A stretch of 64,000 nt of DNA from assembly GCA_903821905.1 (NCBI GenBank), contig CAIJMQ010000121.1:695-64694 (forward strand), in the 5' to 3' direction. The stretch is from an uncultured bacterium. GTDB lineage: Bacteria > CAIJMQ01. Below, one piece after another: positions 9,909 through 19,678 of this stretch; position 1 is the stretch's first letter; every line of letters begins with the position of its first letter. Made by a program: the position numbers and the translations under genes. The notes beneath the pieces are model-generated. The model saw only the letters and a program-made list of their open reading frames with translations. It ran no database searches and was not told the origin of the DNA.

Positions 9909-10953
9909 CGGAATATTGGAAACAGTTTACATAGTGACCAGAACTTATTTCTGTTCTGCCAGGTATTTTTTCATGACATTTCTTTCCTACCACTTTTTTA
10001 CAACGAGGATGAAAAGCACATCCAGAAGGTAAAGTATAAGAGTCAGGAACCGAACCTTCTATAGGATGTATTTTTTCTTTATTCCCGCTTAATCGGGGTA
10101 TGGACTCAAACAAAGCTTTAGTATAGGGATGGCAAGGATTGTCAAATATATTCTCTACGGGACCTTCCTCCACTATTCTACCAAGATACATAACATACAC
10201 ATGGTCAACCATATGCGCAATAACCCCGAGATTATGAGTAATAAGCATAAGAGATAATGAAAACTCTTTCTGCATACTTTTCATCAAACTAAGAACTTGA
10301 GCCTGAATAGTAACATCAAGTGCAGTAGTTGGCTCATCGGCTATCAATATTCTAGGATTACAGGCGAGTGCCATAGCAATCATTGCCCTCTGCCGCATTC
10401 CGCCGCTAAGTTGAAACGGATAATCATCAACTCTAACTTTAGGGTCAGGAACACCTACAAGGTCAAGTAGTTCTATTGTTCTCTGGCGAGCAGCTATTTT
10501 ATCCATATGCTGATGAATAATAAGAGCTTCAGAAATCTGATTGCAAATCGTGTAAACTAAACTAAAGGCAGCCATTGGTTCCTGGAATATCATCGCTATT
10601 TCTTTCCCTCTTATACTGCGTATTTCTTTGCCATCCGTGGTAAGCTTGGTTAAATCCTGTATAAGACCATCTTTTCTTTTAAAGTTAATCTCGCCCGTTA
10701 TGATTTTTGCCGTGCGTGGTAATATCTGCAATACGGAATAAGCGGTTATCGTTTTACCACAACCACTCTCTCCTAATATACCAATCGACTTACCAGACCA
10801 AACTTGGAAGTTAACTCCATTTACTGCGTTAACCGTACCTTCATCTAAATAAAACTTAACCCTTAAATCTCTCACATCAAGAATAAGGTTTTTTTCTTCT
10901 TGTATAACTTTGCCAGTATTAGATTCTTGAGACTTCAAAGTTTTAGATAACAT
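9889..10953 (-). CDS. oppD: Oligopeptide/dipeptide ABC transporter ATP-binding protein (first ATPase)
   Basis: Walker A GESGCGKTIT, signature LSGGMRQRAMIA, Walker B ILIADEPTTALD, and an Opp/Dpp C-terminal domain (CAFHPRC). Confidence 0.8.
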   Translation of the reverse strand: MLSKTLKSQESNTGKVIQEEKNLILDVRDLRVKFYLDEGTVNAVNGVNFQVWSGKSIGILGESGCGKTITAYSVLQILPRTAKIITGEINFKRKDGLIQDLTKLTTDGKEIRSIRGKEIAMIFQEPMAAFSLVYTICNQISEALIIHQHMDKIAARQRTIELLDLVGVPDPKVRVDDYPFQLSGGMRQRAMIAMALACNPRILIADEPTTALDVTIQAQVLSLMKSMQKEFSLSLMLITHNLGVIAHMVDHVYVMYLGRIVEEGPVENIFDNPCHPYTKALFESIPRLSGNKEKIHPIEGSVPDSYTLPSGCAFHPRCKKVVGKKCHEKIPGRTEISSGHYVNCFQYSDEELRE

Positions 10954-10971
10954 AATTTATGTCCTCAATAA

Positions 10972-12105
10972 TTAACCATTTGAATAGGGATCAGCTGCAT
11001 CCCTTAACCCGTCTCCAACAAAATTAAATGCCAACACAATAACAATCACAAATATTCCCGGGAATAGAAGCCATGGTGCCATAGCCACAGCTTGTATATT
11101 CTGTGCATCCTGAAGCAACACTCCCCAACTCACAATCGGCGGCCTGAGTCCTATCCCCAGGAAACTAAGAGCAGTTTCACCGAGTATCATACCGGGAATA
11201 GCTAATGTCGCAGAAGTTATGATGTGACTCATAAAAGAAGGCAGCAAATGTCTAAAAATTATTTTTGATTCGCTAGTTCCACATAGCCGCGCAGCAATAA
11301 CAAAATCTTCTTCTCTTAAAGATAGAAATTTTCCTCTTACCACCCGTGCCAATCCTGTCCATCCCAAGACAGACATAATAAGAGTTATTCCAAAGTATAC
11401 GCCTAAAGCAGACCAAGTAGCTGGAAGTGCAGCTGCAAGCGCCATCCACAATGGAATACCCGGGATAGACATGAGAGTCTCAATAATACGCTGGATAACA
11501 TTATCAATTAGACCTCCATAATATCCTGCAATTCCACCAAGAATTATGCCCAATATGAAACTCAATGCAACACCTATAAATCCTATAGATAGAGAAATCC
11601 TTGATCCATAAATCACGCGACTTAATAAGTCACGACCCAATCTGTCGGTTCCCAGCAAATGTATGTTACCTCTTTCTGCAACACCAAAAAGATGTATATC
11701 CATCTCCCAAATACCCCAAAATTTATATCTAGAACCATGCACAAAAAAATGGATGGGACATATGGCAGAATAATCCGCAACAGTTTTCCCTTCCCATGTT
11801 TTCGTATCAAAAATTTGTCTGGTTTTGTATACAAAAGGACGCAGGTGAAAATTCCCTTGTTTATCAATAAAATGGACTCTTTGAAGCGGTGCTTGAACAT
11901 AGTCCACATCTCTAAAAAATGGTTCATACGGAGCAACAAATTCGCAGAATATCGCAACAAGATAAAAAATAATCAGAACAACCATTGAAACAACAGCTAA
12001 TTTATGGCGTCTGAATCTCCACCACATCAAACGCCATTGTGAAGCTACAAATAGTTTTTCTTCTTTAGAAGTTTTCTTAATGTCTATTTTATTTTTATTA
12101 TTCAT
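10972..12105 (-). CDS. oppC: Oligopeptide/dipeptide ABC transporter permease (OppC/DppC type)
   Basis: 377 aa, multi-TM. Has the N-terminal extension typical of OppC and the EAA-loop region AARLCGTSESKIIFRHLLPS. Confidence 0.8.
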   Translation of the reverse strand: MNNKNKIDIKKTSKEEKLFVASQWRLMWWRFRRHKLAVVSMVVLIIFYLVAIFCEFVAPYEPFFRDVDYVQAPLQRVHFIDKQGNFHLRPFVYKTRQIFDTKTWEGKTVADYSAICPIHFFVHGSRYKFWGIWEMDIHLFGVAERGNIHLLGTDRLGRDLLSRVIYGSRISLSIGFIGVALSFILGIILGGIAGYYGGLIDNVIQRIIETLMSIPGIPLWMALAAALPATWSALGVYFGITLIMSVLGWTGLARVVRGKFLSLREEDFVIAARLCGTSESKIIFRHLLPSFMSHIITSATLAIPGMILGETALSFLGIGLRPPIVSWGVLLQDAQNIQAVAMAPWLLFPGIFVIVIVLAFNFVGDGLRDAADPYSNG

Positions 12106-13084
12106 ATCTGATACGCGGGTCGGAAATCACAAGTAAAATGTCCGACAAAAGTGTCCCAATCACAGTCAAAGTACTTATTATCAATATAAAACTCGCAGCA
12201 AGGAACATATCTTGGTTTAAAAGGGACTCTAAAAGCAAAGGGCCAACAGTCGGAAGTGATAATACGATTCCCACGATAGCTTCTCCGGAAAATAAGTAAG
12301 GTAGCGTCCACCCTACTGTACTGATAAATGGGTTTATAGCTATACGAACCGGGTATTTAAGAAGCAATTTTATAGGCCCTACTCCCTTGGCACGGGCAGT
12401 CCTCACATATGGTTTTTCAAGCTCGTCTATCAAATTGGCACGTAGAATACGAATTGAACCGGCTACACCACCGGTGCCTATCACAACAACCGGAATCCAA
12501 GCGTGTTTCAAAAGGTCTACAAACTTCCCCCAACTCCAAACAGCAACGGAATATTCTGGAGAAAACAATCCTCCGACACTGACTCCAAACCATTCAAAAG
12601 CCACGTACATCAAAACAAGGGCAAACATAAAAGCAGGCGTAGCAAGCCCGATGAAACCTAAAAAAGTAAACGTATAATCGCCGACAGTATAACGTTTCAC
12701 TGCCGAGTAAATACCGATAGGAATTGAAACTACCCATGTAAAAATCATTGATAAAAAAGTAAGTATAAATGTATATCCTATTCTTTCCCATATAAGCTGA
12801 TTCACCGGTAAATCATCGTGTGAAAAAGACCGTCCCATATCTCCATGAATAAATCCTGTTATCCATCTTAAATATTGAATATACAATGGCTTATCTAAAC
12901 CATACTGCGCCCGTAAAGTCTCAATACGTTCCATACTTATCTCTTGACCTTCCAATTGTAATTGCTGCAATCTGGATGTTAAAGCATCACCCGGAGGTAA
13001 TTGAATAAGGATAAAGGTAATAATTGATATGACAATCAGAGTGATTATCATTGTGAGTATTCGCCGAATAAGATAATTGGTCAT
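12098..13084 (-). CDS. oppB: Oligopeptide/dipeptide ABC transporter permease (OppB/DppB type)
   Basis: 328 aa. N-terminus MTNYLIRRILTMIITLIVISIITFILIQLPPGD and loop YVRTARAKGVGPIKLLLKYPVRIAINP are typical of OppB/DppB. Confidence 0.8.
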   Translation of the reverse strand: MTNYLIRRILTMIITLIVISIITFILIQLPPGDALTSRLQQLQLEGQEISMERIETLRAQYGLDKPLYIQYLRWITGFIHGDMGRSFSHDDLPVNQLIWERIGYTFILTFLSMIFTWVVSIPIGIYSAVKRYTVGDYTFTFLGFIGLATPAFMFALVLMYVAFEWFGVSVGGLFSPEYSVAVWSWGKFVDLLKHAWIPVVVIGTGGVAGSIRILRANLIDELEKPYVRTARAKGVGPIKLLLKYPVRIAINPFISTVGWTLPYLFSGEAIVGIVLSLPTVGPLLLESLLNQDMFLAASFILIISTLTVIGTLLSDILLVISDPRIRYE

Positions 13085-13121
13085 AGTAATTTCACTTCAT
13101 TGAATTAATTGTAATTACTTT

Positions 13122-15128
13122 TTATTTTTCCAAATACCACGTTTCCGGATAATACGGCAAACTCCATCTGCAATCCCATCCCCAATAACCGCTTTTGGGC
13201 ACATTATGTAACTTATTACTTACAATTAGAGGATGAGGAGCAATTCCAACCGTTCCTATTGTCCAAACATTCTCTGCATTTGAACGCAGTATTTTTTTCC
13301 CTAATTCTATGCGTTTTTGCTCATCAAAAGTTGTAATCATCTCCATCCACCAACTATACAGTTCTTTAATCACGGGGGGCGGTTCTTCACCTTTATCCCC
13401 ATTGGTTAAAAACCACCTTGTCCAACTACTCCACATGCCCGTCTCCCAGTTTAGATTCATTGGTACAAACCAGTAAGGTTGAGAGGGAAAAAGTATGTCT
13501 GTGCACCGGTCAGCATGCCATAGCGTCATATTCATAAGAGAACCTGTAGCTCTACTATTTACAATATTATATTGTTGAGCTCCGGAAATTTCTCTTAAAG
13601 CTATATCAATACCTATATTCTTCCAATACTCAACAACGAGTTCCATAGTCAAACCTTTAGGTGTCTCCATGGGAGTCCATTCAAGTGTAATATCAAGCGG
13701 TTTACCATTTGGACGTTCCCTCATATCGTCCCCATTTCTATCAATTACTCCCATCTCATCCAAAAGTTCAGAAGCCCTCTTGGGATCATATTCAGCATAG
13801 GCTTTAGCAAAATCCTCTTCATAGAACTCACTGGTAGGGAGAACTGTTGTCTGCCTAGGAATTCCGTGACCGTAATAAATAATCTGGTTAATCTCTTCTC
13901 TATTAATTGCGAGTGATAACGCCCTGCGGAATCGTGAGTCCCAAAACATTTCACGCAGTTCTTTATCGGGAGAATTAAAGTTGAATTGTATAGCAACATC
14001 TGTTCCCATAACACTACGCCACATATAAGTTTTATAGTTTCCTTTCTTTTCATGTAATTTAAATAGAGGAATATCCGATATTTGAGTTTGTTGTCCTGCA
14101 AAAGTAGCCTGACCTGTAGCCGCTTTTGCAGTCATCATGTCCTCGTTTTGCACAAAATGTATTTCTATCCTGTCAATGTAAGGAAGTTGATTACCTGCAG
14201 GGTCAATCTTAGGATAATAAGGATTGCGTTCTGCTATTAGAAGGGTTGGCGTCTTTTTTACTACGATAAATGGCTGCATGGATGGACATTTAACTTCCGG
14301 CTCATCAAGTTTAGCCATAAAATTATAATATTGAGTCCACTCATAAAAACCACGTTTTTTTACTTCTTTCATTAGCTCTTCTCTAGGAACAAAATCAGGA
14401 TGATAATTTTTCAAGTGATGAAAGGGCGGCGAAAACCCATCGGTAGAATTTTGTTGTGCCAGAAAATTAATGATATAAGGGTTAGGAACTGCTGAATGCA
14501 AAGCAACCGTATAATCGTCTATTTTTTCGAACTTCATTAGTTCTCCACCCATCTTCCAATTCCTGGAAATTGTTACTGTCTGCTCTTTATTTTGCAATAC
14601 ATGGTCATAATAGAACATAATGTCATCTGCCGTATATGGATAACCATCCGACCATTTCATCCCTTCCCTCAAATGTAGAATCAACGTCTTACCATCGTCT
14701 TTAAATTCCCACCCTTTGGCAAGGTTTGCCTGTATGCCTTTGACTTCCGGGTCCATAATAAGCAGCATCCCTGGAGGATTCAATAGTCCACCTTCTCCAA
14801 ATCCGCCAGTTGAGAAAACAACAGCTGTACCACCATATTGTCCTATTCTTTCACACGGTTCTACTACGATAGGGTCTTTAGGAAGTCTCTTTTCTACAGG
14901 TGGCAGTTTTCCGCTTTTAACTGCTTCATCCAACATTGGAGATTGATGAAACTTTGTAATACCAAGTTCGGAGGCGGTTTTTGGGTCATGGAACCAGCTT
15001 TCAGGCCAAGTATCTTTAGGTATAACTTGCCCTTGTACAAATTGAGAGGTAAAAAGAAAAGCAAATATTGCAAAAAATGTTGTTATCTTGGCCCGACTAT
15101 TAATAATAGACCTGTATATTGAATACAT
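13122..15128 (-). CDS. oppA: Extracellular solute-binding protein, family 5 (peptide/nickel type), unusually long at 668 aa
   Basis: Signal peptide, then the SBP_bac_5-like stretch DGKTLILHLREGMKWSDGYPYTADDIMFYYDHV. It is the first gene of the ABC operon. Substrate is unknown. Confidence 0.7.
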   Translation of the reverse strand: MYSIYRSIINSRAKITTFFAIFAFLFTSQFVQGQVIPKDTWPESWFHDPKTASELGITKFHQSPMLDEAVKSGKLPPVEKRLPKDPIVVEPCERIGQYGGTAVVFSTGGFGEGGLLNPPGMLLIMDPEVKGIQANLAKGWEFKDDGKTLILHLREGMKWSDGYPYTADDIMFYYDHVLQNKEQTVTISRNWKMGGELMKFEKIDDYTVALHSAVPNPYIINFLAQQNSTDGFSPPFHHLKNYHPDFVPREELMKEVKKRGFYEWTQYYNFMAKLDEPEVKCPSMQPFIVVKKTPTLLIAERNPYYPKIDPAGNQLPYIDRIEIHFVQNEDMMTAKAATGQATFAGQQTQISDIPLFKLHEKKGNYKTYMWRSVMGTDVAIQFNFNSPDKELREMFWDSRFRRALSLAINREEINQIIYYGHGIPRQTTVLPTSEFYEEDFAKAYAEYDPKRASELLDEMGVIDRNGDDMRERPNGKPLDITLEWTPMETPKGLTMELVVEYWKNIGIDIALREISGAQQYNIVNSRATGSLMNMTLWHADRCTDILFPSQPYWFVPMNLNWETGMWSSWTRWFLTNGDKGEEPPPVIKELYSWWMEMITTFDEQKRIELGKKILRSNAENVWTIGTVGIAPHPLIVSNKLHNVPKSGYWGWDCRWSLPYYPETWYLEK

Positions 15129-15145
15129 ATAATAATTTAACCTGG

Positions 15146-15174
15146 ATTATATTCACTCTTCAACGATTAATCAA
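15146..15174 (-). promoter_or_regulatory. Candidate sigma70-type promoter for the opp-like operon
   Basis: Minus strand reads TTGATT (15174..15169), a 17-nt spacer, then TATAAT (15151..15146). It lies only ~18 nt upstream of the ATG, so the leader would be very short. Confidence 0.4.
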
Positions 15175-15187
15175 TAGCGCGGAGAAG

Positions 15188-15215
15188 TTGCATTCCAAAC
15201 GAATTTATGTATAAT
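15188..15215 (+). promoter_or_regulatory. Candidate sigma70-type promoter for ileS
   Basis: TTGCAT (15188..15193), a 16-nt spacer, then TATAAT (15210..15215), ~38 nt upstream of the ileS ATG. It is divergent from the opp promoter. Confidence 0.5.
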
Positions 15216-15253
15216 ACGCAGTTACATTAAACGGTTTACAATCGTTATAAGCT

Positions 15254-18025
15254 ATGGTTAAAACAATAAATAAAGAAGATTATTCCCATACCTTAAATCT
15301 GCCTAAAACCAGATTTGATATGAAAGCCAATTTACCTCAAAAAGAACCCCTCACCCAGAAATTCTGGGAGGAAAATGACATATATCATAAGATGCTTGAA
15401 AAAGGTAAAAAGAAATATATTCTTCATGATGGTCCACCTTATGCTAACGGAGACATACACTTGGGACACGTTATAAATAAAGTTTTGAAAGATATTGTAA
15501 TCAAATATAAATCCTTAGAAGGTTATTCTACTCCTTTTACGCCGGGTTGGGATTGTCACGGATTGCCCATAGAACTGCAACTATTCAAGAAACTAAATAT
15601 CAAGAGAAAAGAAGAGATTGATGTCTTAGAGTTTCGAAAAAAAGCAAGAGAATATGCTCAAGGTTATGTGGAAATACAAAAAAACCAGCTTAAGAGATTA
15701 GGTGTAATGGGAGAATGGGATAGCCCATATGTCACAATGGATTATTACTATCAAAGCAAAATCATTGATGTATTCAAGGAACTTTCAGAGAAAGGCTATA
15801 TTTATTTAGATAAAAAACCTATTTACTGGTGTGTTTCCTGTGAGACTGCTTTAGCTGAAGCAGAAGTAGAATATTTCCCCCACACATCAGACTCTATCTG
15901 GGTAAAATTTCCTCTATTATCTTTAAAAGATACGTTTGTTATTGTTTGGACAACTACACCCTGGACTATTCCAGCCAATTTGGCAGTAGCTTTACACCCG
16001 GATTACGATTATGCATTGGTCCAGATTCAGAAAAAAGAAAAATGGATTATTGCAAAGGATTTAGTTGCTACTGTAATGGGACAATTAGGAATTAAAGATT
16101 ATGAGATTAAGAAAATAAATAAGGGGAAAGAATTGGAAGGGTTGGAATACAACCACCCTATCTTGGACAAGAAAGGCAAAATAGTAAACGCCAATTATAT
16201 AAGTTTGGAAGAAGGAACCGGATGCGTTCATATAGCACCTGGTCACGGACAAGAGGATTACCTTACAGGAATAAAATATAAGTTGCCTGTTTTTTCCCCT
16301 GTAGACGAAAAAGGTATTTTTACCGATGAAGTTCCAGAATTCCACGGAAGACACGTTTTTCAGGCAAACTCTTACATTGTGGAGTTATTACTTAAAGAAG
16401 GGGTACTTTTAAAAAGCGATAAGATAGAACATTCTTATCCGCACTGCTGGCGATGTAAAAAACCTGTAATATTCAGAGCATGCAAACAATGGTTTATCGG
16501 TGTAAATATTAAAAACTTAAGAGAACGTGTTTTAAAAAGTGTGAAACAAGTTCAGTGGGCTCCTGAAATTTCCATAAATAGAATGGAAGGCATGCTTAAA
16601 GTTCGTCCCGACTGGTGCCTTTCGCGTCAAAGATTATGGGGAGTTGGAATACCTGCTGTTTATTGCGAAAAATGCGGCAAAGAAATACTTGATAGCCGTA
16701 TAATGAAAAACGTAAGCGATATAATCAAAAAAGAAGGAGCAGATGCTTGGTTCAAGTACGAAGTTGAGAAATTCCTACCAAAAGATTTTTCGTGCCCAAA
16801 ATGCAAAAATAAACAGGGATTCAGGAAAGAGAAAGATATACTCGACGTATGGTTTGATTCCGGCATTTCACATGTTGCGGTTCTTAAAGATTCCGATGAT
16901 TTGAGCTGGCCTGCCGACATGTACCTTGAAGGGAGCGACCAGCACAGGGGATGGTTCCAAACATCACTCCTGACCTCTGTCGCTTTATATGACGAACCTC
17001 CATATAAAGCAGTCCTTACTCACGGTTTTGTAGTAGATAGTGAAGGTAAAAAGATGTCAAAATCCGTGGGGAATGTTACTAACCCGCAGGTTATAGTTAA
17101 CAGTCACGGTGCAGATATTTTGAGATTATGGGCTATATCTTCTGACTGGGAAACCGATATAAGGATTGGAGATGAGACATTAAAAAGATGCGTTGAAGCT
17201 TACAGAAAAATGCGGAACACCGCAAGATTTATGCTGGGTAATCTATACGATTTCAAATATCCGGAGAATGCACTACCCCAATCAAAATGGTTAGAGATTG
17301 ATAAATGGGCATATAACCGCTGCCTTATGCTTCTTGAAGATGTAAGGCAATCATACCAAAAGTTTCAATTCATCAAGGCATATCAGACAATCTATCAGTT
17401 TTCAAATATAGATATGAGCTCCACCTATTTAGACATACTTAAGGACAGGTTATACATTTTACCATCGGATTCAGATGAGAGACGTTCAGCTCAAACCGTT
17501 TTATATTTTATTCTTAGAACTTTAACCCAACTTACTGCTCCATTTATGTCTTTCACGGCAGAAGAAATATGGCAAAGTTTTAATTTTAAAGAAAAATCCG
17601 TATTCTTAACAGATTTACCCAAAAGACAAGAAATTGACCAAAAACTGGATAGTAAATGGGAAAAAATATTAAGCTTGAGAGAAGCCGTTCAGAAACACCT
17701 TGAAGAGACACGTCAGAAAGAGTTGATCGGTAGTTCTTCAGAAGCAGAGGTCATCCTATATGTAAAAGACTCCTATATTAAATCGCTTGATATTTCTAAA
17801 GAAGATTTGGCAACTATCTTTATAGTATCAAATGTAGGAATAGAAGATTTCAATAAAGTTAGTGAAGAAATCCAGGAAACAATTGAAGGAGTGAAAATTA
17901 AAATCAGAAAAGCAAAAGGTGAAAAGTGCGCCAGATGTTGGAAGTGGAGTGAAGGAGTAGATAAAACAAAAGAATTCCCTAAACTTTGTTCGAGATGTGT
18001 TAAAATAGTGTCCACTTTAAGGTAA
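15254..18025 (+). CDS. ileS: Isoleucine--tRNA ligase (type 1, with C-terminal zinc finger)
   Basis: 923 aa. HIGH motif (PPYANGDIHLGHVINK), KMSKS motif (KMSKSVGN), editing-domain insertion, and C-terminal CARCWKW...CSRC. Confidence 0.95.
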   Translation: MVKTINKEDYSHTLNLPKTRFDMKANLPQKEPLTQKFWEENDIYHKMLEKGKKKYILHDGPPYANGDIHLGHVINKVLKDIVIKYKSLEGYSTPFTPGWDCHGLPIELQLFKKLNIKRKEEIDVLEFRKKAREYAQGYVEIQKNQLKRLGVMGEWDSPYVTMDYYYQSKIIDVFKELSEKGYIYLDKKPIYWCVSCETALAEAEVEYFPHTSDSIWVKFPLLSLKDTFVIVWTTTPWTIPANLAVALHPDYDYALVQIQKKEKWIIAKDLVATVMGQLGIKDYEIKKINKGKELEGLEYNHPILDKKGKIVNANYISLEEGTGCVHIAPGHGQEDYLTGIKYKLPVFSPVDEKGIFTDEVPEFHGRHVFQANSYIVELLLKEGVLLKSDKIEHSYPHCWRCKKPVIFRACKQWFIGVNIKNLRERVLKSVKQVQWAPEISINRMEGMLKVRPDWCLSRQRLWGVGIPAVYCEKCGKEILDSRIMKNVSDIIKKEGADAWFKYEVEKFLPKDFSCPKCKNKQGFRKEKDILDVWFDSGISHVAVLKDSDDLSWPADMYLEGSDQHRGWFQTSLLTSVALYDEPPYKAVLTHGFVVDSEGKKMSKSVGNVTNPQVIVNSHGADILRLWAISSDWETDIRIGDETLKRCVEAYRKMRNTARFMLGNLYDFKYPENALPQSKWLEIDKWAYNRCLMLLEDVRQSYQKFQFIKAYQTIYQFSNIDMSSTYLDILKDRLYILPSDSDERRSAQTVLYFILRTLTQLTAPFMSFTAEEIWQSFNFKEKSVFLTDLPKRQEIDQKLDSKWEKILSLREAVQKHLEETRQKELIGSSSEAEVILYVKDSYIKSLDISKEDLATIFIVSNVGIEDFNKVSEEIQETIEGVKIKIRKAKGEKCARCWKWSEGVDKTKEFPKLCSRCVKIVSTLR

Positions 18026-18062
18026 TTACACAATTAAATATAAATAACGGAGGTTAAGACAC

Positions 18063-18434
18063 GTGAAAGCAAAGGAATTGAAGATATTTAAAGCAATACT
18101 TACAAAAGAAAGAGACAAAACATCTAAAGGATTAGATGAAAAAGAAAAAAATAGCATCGGAAAATCTCTTAAAGATTCATCCGGTGAAGTTTCTTCATAT
18201 AAAGTTCATATGGCAGACCTTGCTTCAGACAATGCCGAAGAAGATACTTCTCTTGACCTTTTATCTTCAGAGGAAAAACTTCTTAAACAGATACAAAAAG
18301 GATTAAAAAGAATAGAGGAAAAAGCTTATGGAAAGTGCACCAAATGCGGTCAAGATATCAGTATGAAAAGATTAAAAGCTATCCCCTATGCAGAATTATG
18401 TCACATATGTCAAGAGAAAGAGGAGCAAGGATAA
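18063..18434 (+). CDS. DksA/TraR-family C4-type zinc-finger protein
   Basis: 123 aa. GTG start preceded by GGAGG (18049..18053, 9-nt spacing). Coiled-coil N-terminal part and zinc finger CTKCGQDI...CHICQ. The position between ileS and lspA is a common arrangement. Confidence 0.75.
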   Translation: MKAKELKIFKAILTKERDKTSKGLDEKEKNSIGKSLKDSSGEVSSYKVHMADLASDNAEEDTSLDLLSSEEKLLKQIQKGLKRIEEKAYGKCTKCGQDISMKRLKAIPYAELCHICQEKEEQG

Positions 18435-18880
18435 CCGCCGTATTAATTTTAGTTTTGGACCAAATTTTAAAATTCCTTCTCTATAATAAAAATTTGATAA
18501 AGGAAGAATCCGCTATAATTAAGTGGTTGCTTTATATCGTTCCGGCATCTCATAACCCCGGCATAGCATTCGGTTTCTTTAGGAATCACGGTAATTTATT
18601 CATAATTCCAGCATCCATAGCTGTTTTATTTATATTTTTCATATATTTGCAGACGAGTACACAAAAAACTCTTTTTAGATGGGGACTCCTGTTAATCTTA
18701 GCAGGGGCAATAAGCAATCTTATAGATAGAATTATTTACGGTTCTGTGATAGATTATCTACTGCTTAATAAATTCCCCTACTCTTTTAACATTGCTGATT
18801 CATCTATACTGACAGGAGTGGGGCTGATAATAATAAAACTTATGAAAGATTCAAAAATACAAAAAGAAAAAAATATTTAA
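18398..18880 (+). CDS. lspA: Lipoprotein signal peptidase II
   Basis: Motifs NPGIAFGFF and FNIADSSI with four predicted TM segments. The track ORF starts at 18335, inside the upstream gene. I prefer ATG 18398 or 18407 (MSHMSRERGARITAVLILVLDQ...). The exact start is uncertain. Confidence 0.85.
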   Translation: MSHMSRERGARITAVLILVLDQILKFLLYNKNLIKEESAIIKWLLYIVPASHNPGIAFGFFRNHGNLFIIPASIAVLFIFFIYLQTSTQKTLFRWGLLLILAGAISNLIDRIIYGSVIDYLLLNKFPYSFNIADSSILTGVGLIIIKLMKDSKIQKEKNI

Positions 18881-18886
18881 TCTAAA

Positions 18887-19675
18887 ATGCATCCTATACT
18901 TTTTAGAATCGGTTCATTGGAAGTTTATTCTTATGGTGTTTTATTAGTAATAGCTTTCTATATAAGTTTATATTTTTTAACCACAGAAGCAAAAAGGAAA
19001 AAAATAGACACGCAAACAATATTAGACATTGCGCTTGTAGCGATTATATCGGGAATCCTTGGAGGAAAACTCGCTTATATTATTTTAAACCTTCAGCTTT
19101 ATATTCAAGAACCTTTTGATATAAATTTATGGCGTGGCGGTTTTATATTTAACGGTGGATTTTTTCTATCAATATTAACAGTCTTCATCTATGCAAAGAA
19201 GAAAAAATTGCCTTTTTTATTCATTATAGATTTATTTATCCCTTACGCTGCTTTAGGAGAAGCAATAGGCAGGATTGGCTGCTTCCTGAACGGTTGTTGT
19301 TACGGTAAACCAACAAAACTGCCGTGGGGACAAGTATTTACCCTGGACTCGCCGGCCGGTTTTCGCTACGGAGCCTTGCCGTTACAACCCACACAATTAT
19401 ATTCTTCATTTTTTTTATTCATCCTTTTCTTGATACTCAAAGAAACAAGAGACCACCAGAAATTTACAGGACAGACATTCCTCTTGTATTTGATTTTTTA
19501 TCCCACCTTCAGATTCTTTCTGGATTTCTTGAGGGGCGATAGATTGGGGCCATTTTTCTACAACTTAACACTCTTTCAGATAATATGTATTGGAATAGTT
19601 ATGATTGCTTTAGCGATTTTTACTTTCAAAAAGAGAAACAACCACTCAATACCCACCAACCTCACTAACCGATAG
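18887..19675 (+). CDS. lgt: Prolipoprotein diacylglyceryl transferase
   Basis: 262 aa, multi-TM. Has the signature GRIGCFLNGCCYGKPT and QPTQLYSS. Confidence 0.9.
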   Translation: MHPILFRIGSLEVYSYGVLLVIAFYISLYFLTTEAKRKKIDTQTILDIALVAIISGILGGKLAYIILNLQLYIQEPFDINLWRGGFIFNGGFFLSILTVFIYAKKKKLPFLFIIDLFIPYAALGEAIGRIGCFLNGCCYGKPTKLPWGQVFTLDSPAGFRYGALPLQPTQLYSSFFLFILFLILKETRDHQKFTGQTFLLYLIFYPTFRFFLDFLRGDRLGPFFYNLTLFQIICIGIVMIALAIFTFKKRNNHSIPTNLTNR

Positions 19676-19678
19676 TCA

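Noticed and set aside
18335-18397. 5' extension of the lspA ORF overlapping 100 nt of the DksA/TraR-like gene
   Set aside because: The extension encodes no LspA-like sequence. Internal ATGs at 18398 and 18407 give a normal-length LspA, so the long form is unlikely.
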